Below, piece after piece: positions 16,273 to 24,536 of a stretch of DNA of 64,000 nucleotides. The DNA comes from a virus (taxonomy: Duplodnaviria > Caudoviricetes), in IMG/VR virus record IMGVR_UViG_3300048606_000052, positions 4,848 to 68,847 of that record; one strand, 5' to 3'. Under the pieces are notes generated by a model. That model saw nothing but the letters and a program-made list of their open reading frames with translations. It was not told where the DNA came from and did no database searches. Every line of letters begins with the position of its first letter. Position 1 is the stretch's first letter. The translations under genes were made by a program, and so were the position numbers.

Positions 16273-16586
16273 TGCCGGATCTGTTTCGTCGTCTGATTGC
16301 GTTGGTGGTGCTGCTCGTCGGGCTGCACAGTCCCGCGCCGGCGAAGTCGCCGCTGGCACCGATGTACGTCCCGGGGCCGCTGAACAGGTTCGTGCCGAAG
16401 CCGTCGTGCGCGACGATCGTGGACCCGAAGGACAAGCGGGCGCCGTGGCGGTACCTGGCCGCATGCGCGACGACACACGGCCTCGTCGTGAAGGGGCCGT
16501 TCCCGACACGCAAGGCGGCGACGGGCGCGGCGGACGCGGTCTATGACGCCGAGGTCGCGGCGCAGGGCGGGGAGCTGAGGCCCTGA
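16269..16586 (+). CDS. Secreted or anchored protein (2 Cys)
   Basis: FRRLIALVVLLVGLHSPAPA signal-like; GGGAGG SD. Confidence 0.6.
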   Translation: MMPDLFRRLIALVVLLVGLHSPAPAKSPLAPMYVPGPLNRFVPKPSCATIVDPKDKRAPWRYLAACATTHGLVVKGPFPTRKAATGAADAVYDAEVAAQGGELRP

Positions 16587-17107
16587 TGGGACCGAAGGGT
16601 CGCCTGGTCGTGCTCGTGCTCGTCGGCGTGTTCGCGTGGTCTGTGCGGTGGGCCGAGACGAACAGTCCCGCGGTGCTCGAGCGTCAGGCGCGCGCGGCGC
16701 AGGCGGGCGACTGCCGGCACGACGCGATGGGGCGCGTCGTGCCGATCCGGGTGAGCGTGTCGAAGTACCCGGAGAACTGGCGGCATATCGTGGACGCCAG
16801 GGCCGGGCGGAACACCGGGCCCGACGGCGTGAGCGTCGTCAACGACGGGCTGAAGTGGCCGACGGTGCTGCGAAAGAACGATGTCGGCGAAGAGGCCCGA
16901 CGGCGCGCCGGCGAGAAGATGAGCGGCCTACCGTCGAAGCCCGGCAAGGCGCGCGATGAGTACCCGCCGGCGGAAGGCCGCGCGACGGACGCCGCGGACT
17001 TCCGGTACGTCGATCGCGACACGAACTCGCGGCAGGGCGCGAGCATGGGCGGGCAGCTCCGCCGCTACTGCAAGGGCCAGCTCTACCAGCTCGTCGCAGT
17101 CCCGTAG
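16586..17107 (+). CDS. Membrane-anchored NucA/NucB-family deoxyribonuclease
   Basis: N-terminal TM; SKYPENWRHIVDA...RRR...LPSKPGKARDEYPPA...FRYVDRDTNSRQGASMGGQL..Y matches Bacillus NucA/NucB (PTKPGFDRDEWPMA...VRYVSSSDNRGAGSWVGN). Confidence 0.85.
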   Translation: MGPKGRLVVLVLVGVFAWSVRWAETNSPAVLERQARAAQAGDCRHDAMGRVVPIRVSVSKYPENWRHIVDARAGRNTGPDGVSVVNDGLKWPTVLRKNDVGEEARRRAGEKMSGLPSKPGKARDEYPPAEGRATDAADFRYVDRDTNSRQGASMGGQLRRYCKGQLYQLVAVP

Positions 17108-17110
17108 ATC

Positions 17111-17539
17111 GTGCCCGCTGCGACGTCGCCGAAGGCGGAGCGTGCGCGCGGCCGGGCGGCGGAGCGGCGCGCGCACGACGCTGCGCAGGACGCGCACGCG
17201 CTCGCGCTGAGCATCGCGCCCGACCGGGACGTTGAGGGCGCGGTCGCGCAGTCCGCGGGGGAGGCGAACAACGCGTGGCACGAGTGCCGCCAGAACGTGC
17301 GCAAGTGCGACGAGGCGGCCAGCGTCCCCAGCTACGCCGACCGCTACGAAAAGAAGGACGCGGCCGAGGACGCCAGGACCTACGCGCGGCTGGCCGAGCG
17401 CGCCGCTGACTCCGCCGAAGAGCACCTCCAGAGCGCGCAGGCCGCCGCGGACCGAATCGAAGCGCAGGACCGCGAGCTCGCCGCGGCGGGCATGGACTTC
17501 CGCTCGACGCTCGCCGGGTGGACTAGGCGGTCGCGGTGA
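17111..17539 (+). CDS. Coiled-coil Ala/Glu-rich protein
   Basis: Helical composition; GTGA coupled to translocase. Confidence 0.6.
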   Translation: MPAATSPKAERARGRAAERRAHDAAQDAHALALSIAPDRDVEGAVAQSAGEANNAWHECRQNVRKCDEAASVPSYADRYEKKDAAEDARTYARLAERAADSAEEHLQSAQAAADRIEAQDRELAAAGMDFRSTLAGWTRRSR

Positions 17540-19122
17540 ACATCGGCGACTGGGTCGTCGTCCCGATCGTCTGGCTAGTCCAGACGATCGTGATCCTCGT
17601 CTTGTGGGCGTGCTGGCATCCGCTGCGGGTCCTGGCGTTCGCGGCGCTCGTCGCGGTCTGGCAGGTCCTCGAGCTGCTCGGCTTCGAGGTGAGCCTGTAC
17701 GACACGGTCGGGCTCGTGCTCGACTTCGTCGTCTTCGCGTGCGTGTGGTGGGCGGCCGCCGGCGTCGCGGGATGGTTCCGCCGGCCGAAGCGCAAGTGGG
17801 CGCAGAAGGTCGTCATCGCCGCCGGCGCGTGGGAGCTCGTCATCGGTTCGTGGTGGCGGCCCTTCTGGCGCGCCCGCTACGTCTACGGCCGCAACTGGCA
17901 GGAGTCAATGGAGCAGGCGTTTCTCACGATCCCGCGGCCGCGGCGCATCGACAAGGTGCCGCGCATCCGCAAGGTCGTCGTCGGACCGTTCGGCGACACG
18001 GTCTGGGTCAAGATGCTCAAGGGCCAGACCGTCGAGCAGTATGAGCGCAAGGCCGAGGCGTTCGCCGGCGACTTCGGGATGCAGAGCGTCCGGGTGTACC
18101 CGCGCTACACCGAGCCCGGGCGGTGGCCGCTGCCGGGGATGGTGACGGTCACAGACGAGGACGGCACCGAGCGCCGGCGGCCGGGCATCGGCAAGCGCAA
18201 GGGCGGCGTGCGGGTGCCCGGGCAGCTCGTGCTCGAGTGCAGCACAAAGGACGTCCTCACAGAGCCGCTGAAGCCGATCCCGATCCCGGCCAGCGTCGCC
18301 GACGTGGACTTCGGCGCGGTGCCGGTCGGCAAGACCGAGGCCGGCGAGACATGGACGCTGAAGGTCCACGGCAACCACATTTTGTGCGCCGGCGTCACGG
18401 GCTCGGGCAAGGGGTCGATTATGTGGTCGGTCCTCAAGGGGCTGGCGCCGGCGATCGAGGCCGGGCTCGTGCAGGTCTGGGCGATCGACCCGAAGGGCGG
18501 CATGGAGCTCTTCCGCGGCCGTCCGCTGTACGCGCGCTATTGCGACACGACGCCGGCGGCGATGAACGCGATGCTCGGCGAGCTCGTCGTGAAGGTCGAC
18601 AAGCGCACCCAGAAGTACAAGCCGCAGCAGCGCGAGCACGTCCCGACCGTCGAGGACCCGCTGATTCTGTGCGTCATCGACGAGTGCTCGAAGCTCTTCG
18701 TCCCGCTGTCGGCGCTCAAGGCCGACAAGGACGTCGCGAATGAGGCGAAGGCCCGCGTCACGCTGCTCGTCAACCAGGGCCGCGCGGTCGGCGTGTCGAT
18801 GCTGATGCTGCTGCAGAACCCGCGCAAAGAAGTCATCGATATGCGCGACGAGATCCCGGACCGGATCGCGCTGCGGCTGCTGTCGGCGCAGTACGGCGAC
18901 ATGATGTTTTGGCAGGGCGCCGCGGCGTCCGGCATCCGCTGCGACCGGATCCTACGCTCGCAGCCGGGCCGTGGTTTCGCTTGGAATGACAAGCGGCGCG
19001 CCATCATCGCGGTGCGCGCGGCCTACGTTTCGGACGACGAGATCGCCGAACTCGTCGAGGGGTACGCGCCCGGGCCGCGCGGCGAGGACCTACTCGACGA
19101 GATCGAAGCCAGCGCCACCTAG
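17536..19122 (+). CDS. FtsK/SpoIIIE-family DNA translocase, actinomycete TraB/AICE type
   Basis: N-terminal TM block; HILCAGVTGSGKGS (Walker A), IDPKGGMEL, VIDE (Walker B), QGRAVGV, LQNPRKE, VRAAYVSDDEI. Confidence 0.92.
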   Translation: MNIGDWVVVPIVWLVQTIVILVLWACWHPLRVLAFAALVAVWQVLELLGFEVSLYDTVGLVLDFVVFACVWWAAAGVAGWFRRPKRKWAQKVVIAAGAWELVIGSWWRPFWRARYVYGRNWQESMEQAFLTIPRPRRIDKVPRIRKVVVGPFGDTVWVKMLKGQTVEQYERKAEAFAGDFGMQSVRVYPRYTEPGRWPLPGMVTVTDEDGTERRRPGIGKRKGGVRVPGQLVLECSTKDVLTEPLKPIPIPASVADVDFGAVPVGKTEAGETWTLKVHGNHILCAGVTGSGKGSIMWSVLKGLAPAIEAGLVQVWAIDPKGGMELFRGRPLYARYCDTTPAAMNAMLGELVVKVDKRTQKYKPQQREHVPTVEDPLILCVIDECSKLFVPLSALKADKDVANEAKARVTLLVNQGRAVGVSMLMLLQNPRKEVIDMRDEIPDRIALRLLSAQYGDMMFWQGAAASGIRCDRILRSQPGRGFAWNDKRRAIIAVRAAYVSDDEIAELVEGYAPGPRGEDLLDEIEASAT

Positions 19123-19215
19123 CGTCGGCGGCGACCCGAGGGGGGCCCAGCCGCCGAGCGACTGTGCCCCCCGCTGACCCGTTCGGCTGCCGACGGGACC
19201 TAGGCGCCAGCGATG

Positions 19216-19383
19216 CTAGCCGCGCCACCAACGGCCCGGCAAGCCGGTGAGCCACGCCCACAAGCGCCGCAGCGGTCCCGGCGGGTGAAGGCGCTCCTGC
19301 TCGTGCCGCGCGGCCGTGCGCTCGGCTTCGTCGGCGATCCTCCAGCCGCGCTCGAAACGCTCGTGCTCGCCAGGCTCACCCAT
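19216..19383 (-). CDS. Small protein with Trp/Arg amphipathic C-terminus
   Basis: MGEPGEHERFERGW...LRRLWAWLTG. Confidence 0.45.
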   Translation of the reverse strand: MGEPGEHERFERGWRIADEAERTAARHEQERLHPPGPLRRLWAWLTGLPGRWWRG

Positions 19384-19503
19384 CGCGCTGCGGACTCTAG
19401 CCCCGCTGAGCCTTGCGCGCCGCCTTCGCGGCCTTCCGCCGGCGAGTGCGGCGCTCTGAGCTCGTCGTCGCACGAGTCGCGGGCGAATAAAACGCGCGAA
19501 TAA

Positions 19504-20097
19504 TCACGCGGTCGCCGGCGCGGGCTCATCCCACGTCAGGCGAACCTCGGTGCGCCGGCGGCCGCCGAGGACCTCGAGCCAGGTCAGCAGGTGCCGGTCG
19601 TTGTCCTCGTCGAGCCACCCCGCGGTGTAGGTGCGGTGGTCGTAGTCGATCGCGCGGTCAGGGTCCGGGCGGCCGGTGAGGGCGTCGCCGAGCGACTTGA
19701 CCGCGAGCCAGAGGTTCGGGCTGTCGGCGCGCTTGCCGCCTGGCGTGGTCACGAGGACGTGCGCGAAGACTGGCTCGAGTTCGCCGGCGCCGTCCACGCT
19801 GCGGATCGGGCGGTCAAGGTCGAGCGCGTCGAGCGCCCGCGCGAAGCGGCCCTGCCATTCCGTCTTGACGGCGTGCGCGTCCTTCCAATGCGACCGCAGC
19901 TCGTTGGTGTTCATCGTCGGCGGCGCGTCGTCGATCGTGAACCGCGCGCGCCGGCAGACGGTGCCCGGCGGTGGCGGCAGCACGCCGAGGTCGCGCAGCA
20001 GACGGCGCGACAGGTCGCCGAGCGATCCGGGCGTCTCAGCCAGGCGTGCCTCGACGTCGGCGATCGATACGAACGGGCCGTGGCCGATGACTCTCAT
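19504..20097 (-). CDS. rusA: RusA-like Holliday junction resolvase
   Basis: PPTMN...HW, KRADSPNLWLAVKSLGDAL, GWLDEDND. Confidence 0.7.
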   Translation of the reverse strand: MRVIGHGPFVSIADVEARLAETPGSLGDLSRRLLRDLGVLPPPPGTVCRRARFTIDDAPPTMNTNELRSHWKDAHAVKTEWQGRFARALDALDLDRPIRSVDGAGELEPVFAHVLVTTPGGKRADSPNLWLAVKSLGDALTGRPDPDRAIDYDHRTYTAGWLDEDNDRHLLTWLEVLGGRRRTEVRLTWDEPAPATA

Positions 20098-20315
20098 GGC
20101 CTGCGGCGGCGGCGCTGTACCCGCGGGCCGCTGAGCCGATCGGCCTCACGCCAGAGCTGCTCGACGCGCTGCCGGCGCTCAACCCACCGCACCCACCCGG
20201 CAGCGGCGAGCGCGACGCCGACGAGCAGCAGCGCGCCGAACCATCCCTGGCCATGCACGACCGCGGCCGCGTAGGCGACCAAGACGAGCGCCAGCAGGAT
20301 GCGCACGGTCCTCAC
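20094..20315 (-). CDS. Two-TM membrane protein
   Basis: Two hydrophobic spans, basic tail. Confidence 0.6.
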   Translation of the reverse strand: MRTVRILLALVLVAYAAAVVHGQGWFGALLLVGVALAAAGWVRWVERRQRVEQLWREADRLSGPRVQRRRRRP

Positions 20316-20608
20316 GCGACGGCCTCGACGGGGTGTTCGCCGGCGCGGCGGGTGCGCGGCTCGAGGTCCTCGACGTCGGCGTCAGGGTCGAGGAAGTGAA
20401 AGAGCGCCAGCGCGGCATCGGTCGGGCTGCCGGCGATACCCTGCACGCGCTCGGGCCCGCGCCAGGCGATCCAGGCCCACTCGGGCTCCCAGCCGGCGGC
20501 CGGCCCCTCGGGCGGCCACGCGACGATGTCGATCCAGCCGCCGTGGTGCATGGTGCCCCACGCTGCGCAGTAGTCGCGGCGGCGGCGCAGCTTCGGCTTG
20601 CGGGTCAT
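20312..20608 (-). CDS. Trp-rich hypothetical protein
   Basis: ATGA coupled. Confidence 0.55.
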   Translation of the reverse strand: MTRKPKLRRRRDYCAAWGTMHHGGWIDIVAWPPEGPAAGWEPEWAWIAWRGPERVQGIAGSPTDAALALFHFLDPDADVEDLEPRTRRAGEHPVEAVA

Positions 20609-21396
20609 CCTGCCAGGGCGGCGCGCGCGAGGTGGTACGCGGCCTCGCAGGCGGTCCAGACGGCCGCGTGGTAGTGCGCGGCGACGCTGGCGGCGATGAC
20701 GCGCGGGCACCATTTGCGGATCGTCGCTTCGTCTTCGTCGTTGAGCCAGGGCTCCTGGCCGCGGCGGGCGCGGTGCCTGGCGACGATCTTCGGCACGACG
20801 TGCAGCCGGCGCTTGCACCACGGACCGGCCATCGGCGACCCGAGCTCTGTCCAGCCGTCGAAGTAGGAGTGCAGCGCCACGCCGACGAACACGCCGAGCG
20901 CGGCGAACGCGCCGACCCACGTGGCGTAGGTCCATGCCTCGGCGGGCATCGTGGCGGCGTGATCGGGGGCGACGCCCTGCAGCAGCAGCAGCCCGAGCGT
21001 GAGCACGCCGACGAGCGCGCCGGCGGCCGCGGCGCCGGTGAGGACGGCCAGCGCCACGCCCGTCGAGCCGATGTAGTGCGTCCAGCGGCGGTGCACTTGC
21101 AGGCGGCGCAGCAGCCGGTCGAGCTTGACGAGTCCGCGGTCACGGCGTGCGCGCCAGCCCGTCGCTGGCGTCCCGCTGAGCCGCGCCGCGGCGAGCCTCA
21201 CGCCGGCGCGCAGTTCCCACGGCCGCACGCGGCGCCAGAGGGCGCGCGGGACCTTCTCGAGCTTGTCCGGCCAGGCGCCCGCCCGGGTCGCCGCGGCGAT
21301 CGGCACAAGCCACCACGCGATCGGCAGGCCGATGACGGCGCAGGTCACGGCCGCGCCGGCGCCGCCGATCGGGCGGTGCGTCTTATTGCTCGGCAT
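20605..21396 (-). CDS. YdjM-like membrane metal-dependent hydrolase
   Basis: KTH, WPDKLE, HRRWTH, GVALHSYFDGWTELG with several TM segments. Confidence 0.75.
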   Translation of the reverse strand: MPSNKTHRPIGGAGAAVTCAVIGLPIAWWLVPIAAATRAGAWPDKLEKVPRALWRRVRPWELRAGVRLAAARLSGTPATGWRARRDRGLVKLDRLLRRLQVHRRWTHYIGSTGVALAVLTGAAAAGALVGVLTLGLLLLQGVAPDHAATMPAEAWTYATWVGAFAALGVFVGVALHSYFDGWTELGSPMAGPWCKRRLHVVPKIVARHRARRGQEPWLNDEDEATIRKWCPRVIAASVAAHYHAAVWTACEAAYHLARAALAG

Positions 21397-21712
21397 CGCC
21401 GGCCGTGCCCGCGGCGAGGTTGCCGGCGGCGAGGTCGTCAAGGATCCGCGCGCAGTCGCGCAGCGCCTCGGCGGCATCCGCGACGCCGACGGCCTCGGCG
21501 CAGCGCACGAGCGTTTGCCCGAGCACGGTCAGCAGGCCGTCGCAGGTGTCGGCGTAGCTGACGCGCGCGGCGTCCGCGAGCGACGGGTCCGTAGTGATGA
21601 TCGGCGGCTGCAGCCATCCGCGGGCGGCCTCGGCGAGCGCGTAGGCGGTGTCGGCGAGGTCGGGGAGCTGCTCGGCGAGGATCGTCGCCGTCTCGGGCGT
21701 CAGCTTCATCAT
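21383..21712 (-). CDS. Helical hypothetical protein
   Basis: ATGA coupled. Confidence 0.55.
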   Translation of the reverse strand: MMKLTPETATILAEQLPDLADTAYALAEAARGWLQPPIITTDPSLADAARVSYADTCDGLLTVLGQTLVRCAEAVGVADAAEALRDCARILDDLAAGNLAAGTAGDAEQ

Positions 21713-21909
21713 CGCCCCTCGCAGCGGCGCGACGCGTTGATCTGACCGCACCGGGCCTTGTCGAGCACGGCGACGTAGTGCAGCAGTAGCACGAGCGCCT
21801 CGCCGAGCAGCCGCAGCCGCCGGAAGAGGCGCCACGGCGCGGTGAGCTGGTAGTCGGTGTAGACCCGCTCGAAGTCCTCGGCGGTGTCCTCGACCTCGGC
21901 GTGCGTCAT
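21709..21909 (-). CDS. Small hypothetical protein
   Basis: ATGA coupled. Confidence 0.5.
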   Translation of the reverse strand: MTHAEVEDTAEDFERVYTDYQLTAPWRLFRRLRLLGEALVLLLHYVAVLDKARCGQINASRRCEGR

Positions 21910-22262
21910 CGGCTGGCGTCTCCTCGTTTCGTGGGGCAGGTCGCGGCGTGCTCGTCTGAGGTGCCGGGGCGGTCCATGAACGGCATCCCGCCGCAACACC
22001 ACAAGTGCTCGGGCACGGGCTCGGCGCCGAGCACGATGCGCCAGCGCGCCGGTAGCTCGTCGAAGGGGCCGAGCACGACGACGTCGCCGAGCGTGTGCAC
22101 CTCGTGATCGGTCTCGTCGAGAAACAGGTGCGCGGCCTCGGTGACGGCCTCGGCCTCGTCAGCCGCCAGCACGAACGCGGCGTGCGAGCACGACGAGGGG
22201 CCGAGGCCGGGGTCGGCGGTCGTCACGAGCCAGCGCCGATCGTTGGGGCTCGCCTCCGTCAC
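21906..22262 (-). CDS. Hypothetical protein, C-terminal CC..H..C
   Basis: GTGA coupled. Confidence 0.55.
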   Translation of the reverse strand: MTEASPNDRRWLVTTADPGLGPSSCSHAAFVLAADEAEAVTEAAHLFLDETDHEVHTLGDVVVLGPFDELPARWRIVLGAEPVPEHLWCCGGMPFMDRPGTSDEHAATCPTKRGDASR

Positions 22263-22441
22263 GCTGCCTCGCTTTCGTCGGCGCCGGGCGGCGCGGGGTC
22301 GCCGCTCATGTAGTTGCGCATCGCCTGCGCCATGTCGAAGAGGTACAGCAGGTTCGGGTGCATCCCGCCGAGGCGCGTCGGCACGACGAGATCGACTGCG
22401 CGCAGCAGCGCCTCAACCTGGCGACGGTCCTGGGGCGTCAC
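22259..22441 (-). CDS. Small hypothetical protein
   Basis: VTPQDRRQVEALL...; GTGA coupled. Confidence 0.5.
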   Translation of the reverse strand: MTPQDRRQVEALLRAVDLVVPTRLGGMHPNLLYLFDMAQAMRNYMSGDPAPPGADESEAA

Positions 22442-23013
22442 GCGGCCGACCCGGCGGTCAGTGCGGCGCGGAAACCGGCGTACTGCTCGCCACGGCGCGT
22501 GATGCCGTAGCGATCCACGGCGCGCAGCGCTTCGAGCCCGAGAGCGATCGACCGCACGTTGTGCTGCCAGAGCTCGCAGGCGTCGGTGGCGTAGATGAGG
22601 CGGTTGCTCGGGTCCGTCGCGGCCTGTAGGGCTACGAAGTCCTCGTGACTGCCGCCGATGTCCGGGTGGCAGCGCTTGAGCGCTGTCGTCGCGTCCCCTC
22701 CGAAGCGTCTGAGGATCGCGCGGCCGCGCCGCACGAGCGGGTCGAGCTGTGCCACCGCGCCAGAGTTGAAGCTGACCTCGACGCCGGGATGCACGGGGTG
22801 CGGAGCGTCGCCGCGCGGCCATCCGTCCAGCCGAATGTGCCGCGGCTGCAGGTTGACGCCGATGATGACCTCGGAGGCCTCGAGCAGCCGCAGCTCGCGG
22901 TCGAGCAGCTCGAGCGTCGCTGCCCATCCGGCCTTGAAGGTGTACCTGCTGCGGCGGTCGAAGGTGTCGCCGTGCGGCCACGTCGCGAGCGGCGTGAAGC
23001 GGACGTCGATCAC
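22438..23013 (-). CDS. Actinophage 'DnaJ-like' family protein with internal HPD mini J-domain
   Basis: TFKAGWAATLELL, IRLDGWPR, PGVEVSF, YATD..WQHNVRSIALGLEALRAVDRYG..GEQY; HPDIGG in the middle. Confidence 0.75.
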   Translation of the reverse strand: MIDVRFTPLATWPHGDTFDRRSRYTFKAGWAATLELLDRELRLLEASEVIIGVNLQPRHIRLDGWPRGDAPHPVHPGVEVSFNSGAVAQLDPLVRRGRAILRRFGGDATTALKRCHPDIGGSHEDFVALQAATDPSNRLIYATDACELWQHNVRSIALGLEALRAVDRYGITRRGEQYAGFRAALTAGSAA

Positions 23014-23867
23014 GGCCGCACCCGGGACGCGGGGCGCAGCGCGGCGGCCGTGTAGGTGCCATCGCTGGCGCAGGTCAACTGCTCGCGCTCGACGTGGTGC
23101 GCGACGGCCTCGACGACGTCCTCTTCGACGGCTTCGAGCTGGCGCGCGAGGTCGGCGATGGTGAGCTGCCCGGGCTTCGAGCGGACGGCCCGCATGACCT
23201 TCTCGCGCAGCCCGATCTTCTGCACGGCGTCGGTCAGCTTCTCGGCGTTGCGCTTGACGCCCGCCTTGACCTTCGCCGCCTGCTCGGACTGCTCGGCCGG
23301 CTGCGCCGCGGTGTACCGGCGCGACACGGTCGCGCCAGTAGCCGTCACCCGCTCAGCAGCGACGAGGCGCCGCAGCGGTTTGGTGAGCTGCGCCACGGTC
23401 AGGCCGGTCAAGTCGGCGATCTGCGCCCGGCTCAGCGGCTGGTTGTGCGAGATGAGCGCGTTGAGGATCTTCGCCTCGTGATCGCGGTCCGCCGGCCGCG
23501 GCGGCGGGGTGCCGGCGGACCGGACCTGCGCCCTGGCCGGCGCGACCTCGTCGGCGTCCTCGGGCTCGTCGGGCGCCGGCGCCGCCGGCTCCGGCTCGGG
23601 TTCCGGGACGGCCTCGCCGGCGTCGAGCCAGGCGGCCATCTCGCGCTGCCCGGGTGCGAGTTCGGGCTCGGGCTCAGGCGGCGCGAGTTCGCGCGCTGGC
23701 GGCTCAGGCGCCGGCGGCGGCACGAGCGATGCCGCGCCGTTCGCCCGGCCGAAGAGCGCGATGCCCTGCTCGAGCCAGTCGGCGACCTCTGCCAGATAGC
23801 CCTGCGTCGCGCGGACGTGGTCGAGTTGCTCGGCGAGCTCGTCGGCGTTTGGTAGTAGCGACTTCAC
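23010..23867 (-). CDS. DNA-binding protein with two C-terminal winged-HTH domains and a Pro/Glu linker
   Basis: KILNAL..HNQPLSRAQIADLTGLTVAQLTKPLRRLV and KVMRAV..KPGQLTIADLARQL. Confidence 0.7.
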   Translation of the reverse strand: MKSLLPNADELAEQLDHVRATQGYLAEVADWLEQGIALFGRANGAASLVPPPAPEPPARELAPPEPEPELAPGQREMAAWLDAGEAVPEPEPEPAAPAPDEPEDADEVAPARAQVRSAGTPPPRPADRDHEAKILNALISHNQPLSRAQIADLTGLTVAQLTKPLRRLVAAERVTATGATVSRRYTAAQPAEQSEQAAKVKAGVKRNAEKLTDAVQKIGLREKVMRAVRSKPGQLTIADLARQLEAVEEDVVEAVAHHVEREQLTCASDGTYTAAALRPASRVRP

Positions 23868-24199
23868 GACGTCACTCCGCTCTCGCGGCCGCGCGCGATG
23901 CGTGCCTCGAGCATCCGCATATCGGCGACCGCGGCGGCGACGATCTTCGGCGTGTTCGCGATGACCAACTGCGCCGCGGCGAGGTCGCCGGGGAAGTCGG
24001 CGACGTCGGCGCCCTCGGCGCGCAGGTCGCGCACGACCTGCAGCAGCTCGCCGATCACGTCCACGAGCGCGAGGCCCGCGGCGGTGAGGTTCTCCTGCCG
24101 CTCGCCGGCGTCGTCGCCGAACTCGACGGCCTCGCACGCGCCCTCGGCGTCCTCCAGCTTCACGCGGGCGGCTTCGATGAGCTTCGCGATGCCGGTCAT
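23864..24199 (-). CDS. Helical hypothetical protein
   Basis: ATGA/GTGA coupled. Confidence 0.55.
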   Translation of the reverse strand: MTGIAKLIEAARVKLEDAEGACEAVEFGDDAGERQENLTAAGLALVDVIGELLQVVRDLRAEGADVADFPGDLAAAQLVIANTPKIVAAAVADMRMLEARIARGRESGVTS

Positions 24200-24450
24200 G
24201 GCTTCACCGGCTCGCCGGGCGCGACGGCGTAGCGCCAGTCGGTGTGTGTCAGCGACGTGCCGTCGGGCGCGTGCTCGTCGCGCACGAGTTGCGCGCGGTA
24301 GACGCCGGCGTCGAGGTGCCGGCGCGCCGACGTCGGACTGACGTCGAGTTGCTCGGCGACCTGCGCGACGGACGCCACGCCGCCGAGCTCGACGACGGCA
24401 GCGATCGTCTGCTCGACGGTCGTGCGGACGTGCGGCTTGCGGGGGGCCAT
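24196..24450 (-). CDS. Winged-HTH DNA-binding protein
   Basis: ASVAQVAEQLDVSPTSARRHL; AGGAGG SD before ATG 24450. Confidence 0.75.
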   Translation of the reverse strand: MAPRKPHVRTTVEQTIAAVVELGGVASVAQVAEQLDVSPTSARRHLDAGVYRAQLVRDEHAPDGTSLTHTDWRYAVAPGEPVKP

Positions 24451-24536
24451 CGTGTCGCCTCCTGTTAGGAACGTGTCGCGGCTGACCGGCTCGCGTCGCC
24501 GCGGCAGCTCGGTGACCGTCGGGGTGTTCATGGCGC

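Noticed and set aside
17536-19122. Host chromosomal ftsK marking a prophage boundary
   Set aside because: No long linker or gamma domain, TraB-type motifs, and phage genes on both sides
19123-19200. Possible TraB clt site (GACCCGAG, GACCCGTT), and GGGCACCC x2 at 15390 and 15409
   Set aside because: Only two imperfect or short copies each; real clt loci are arrays of many 8-mers, and these are plausible by chance at high GC
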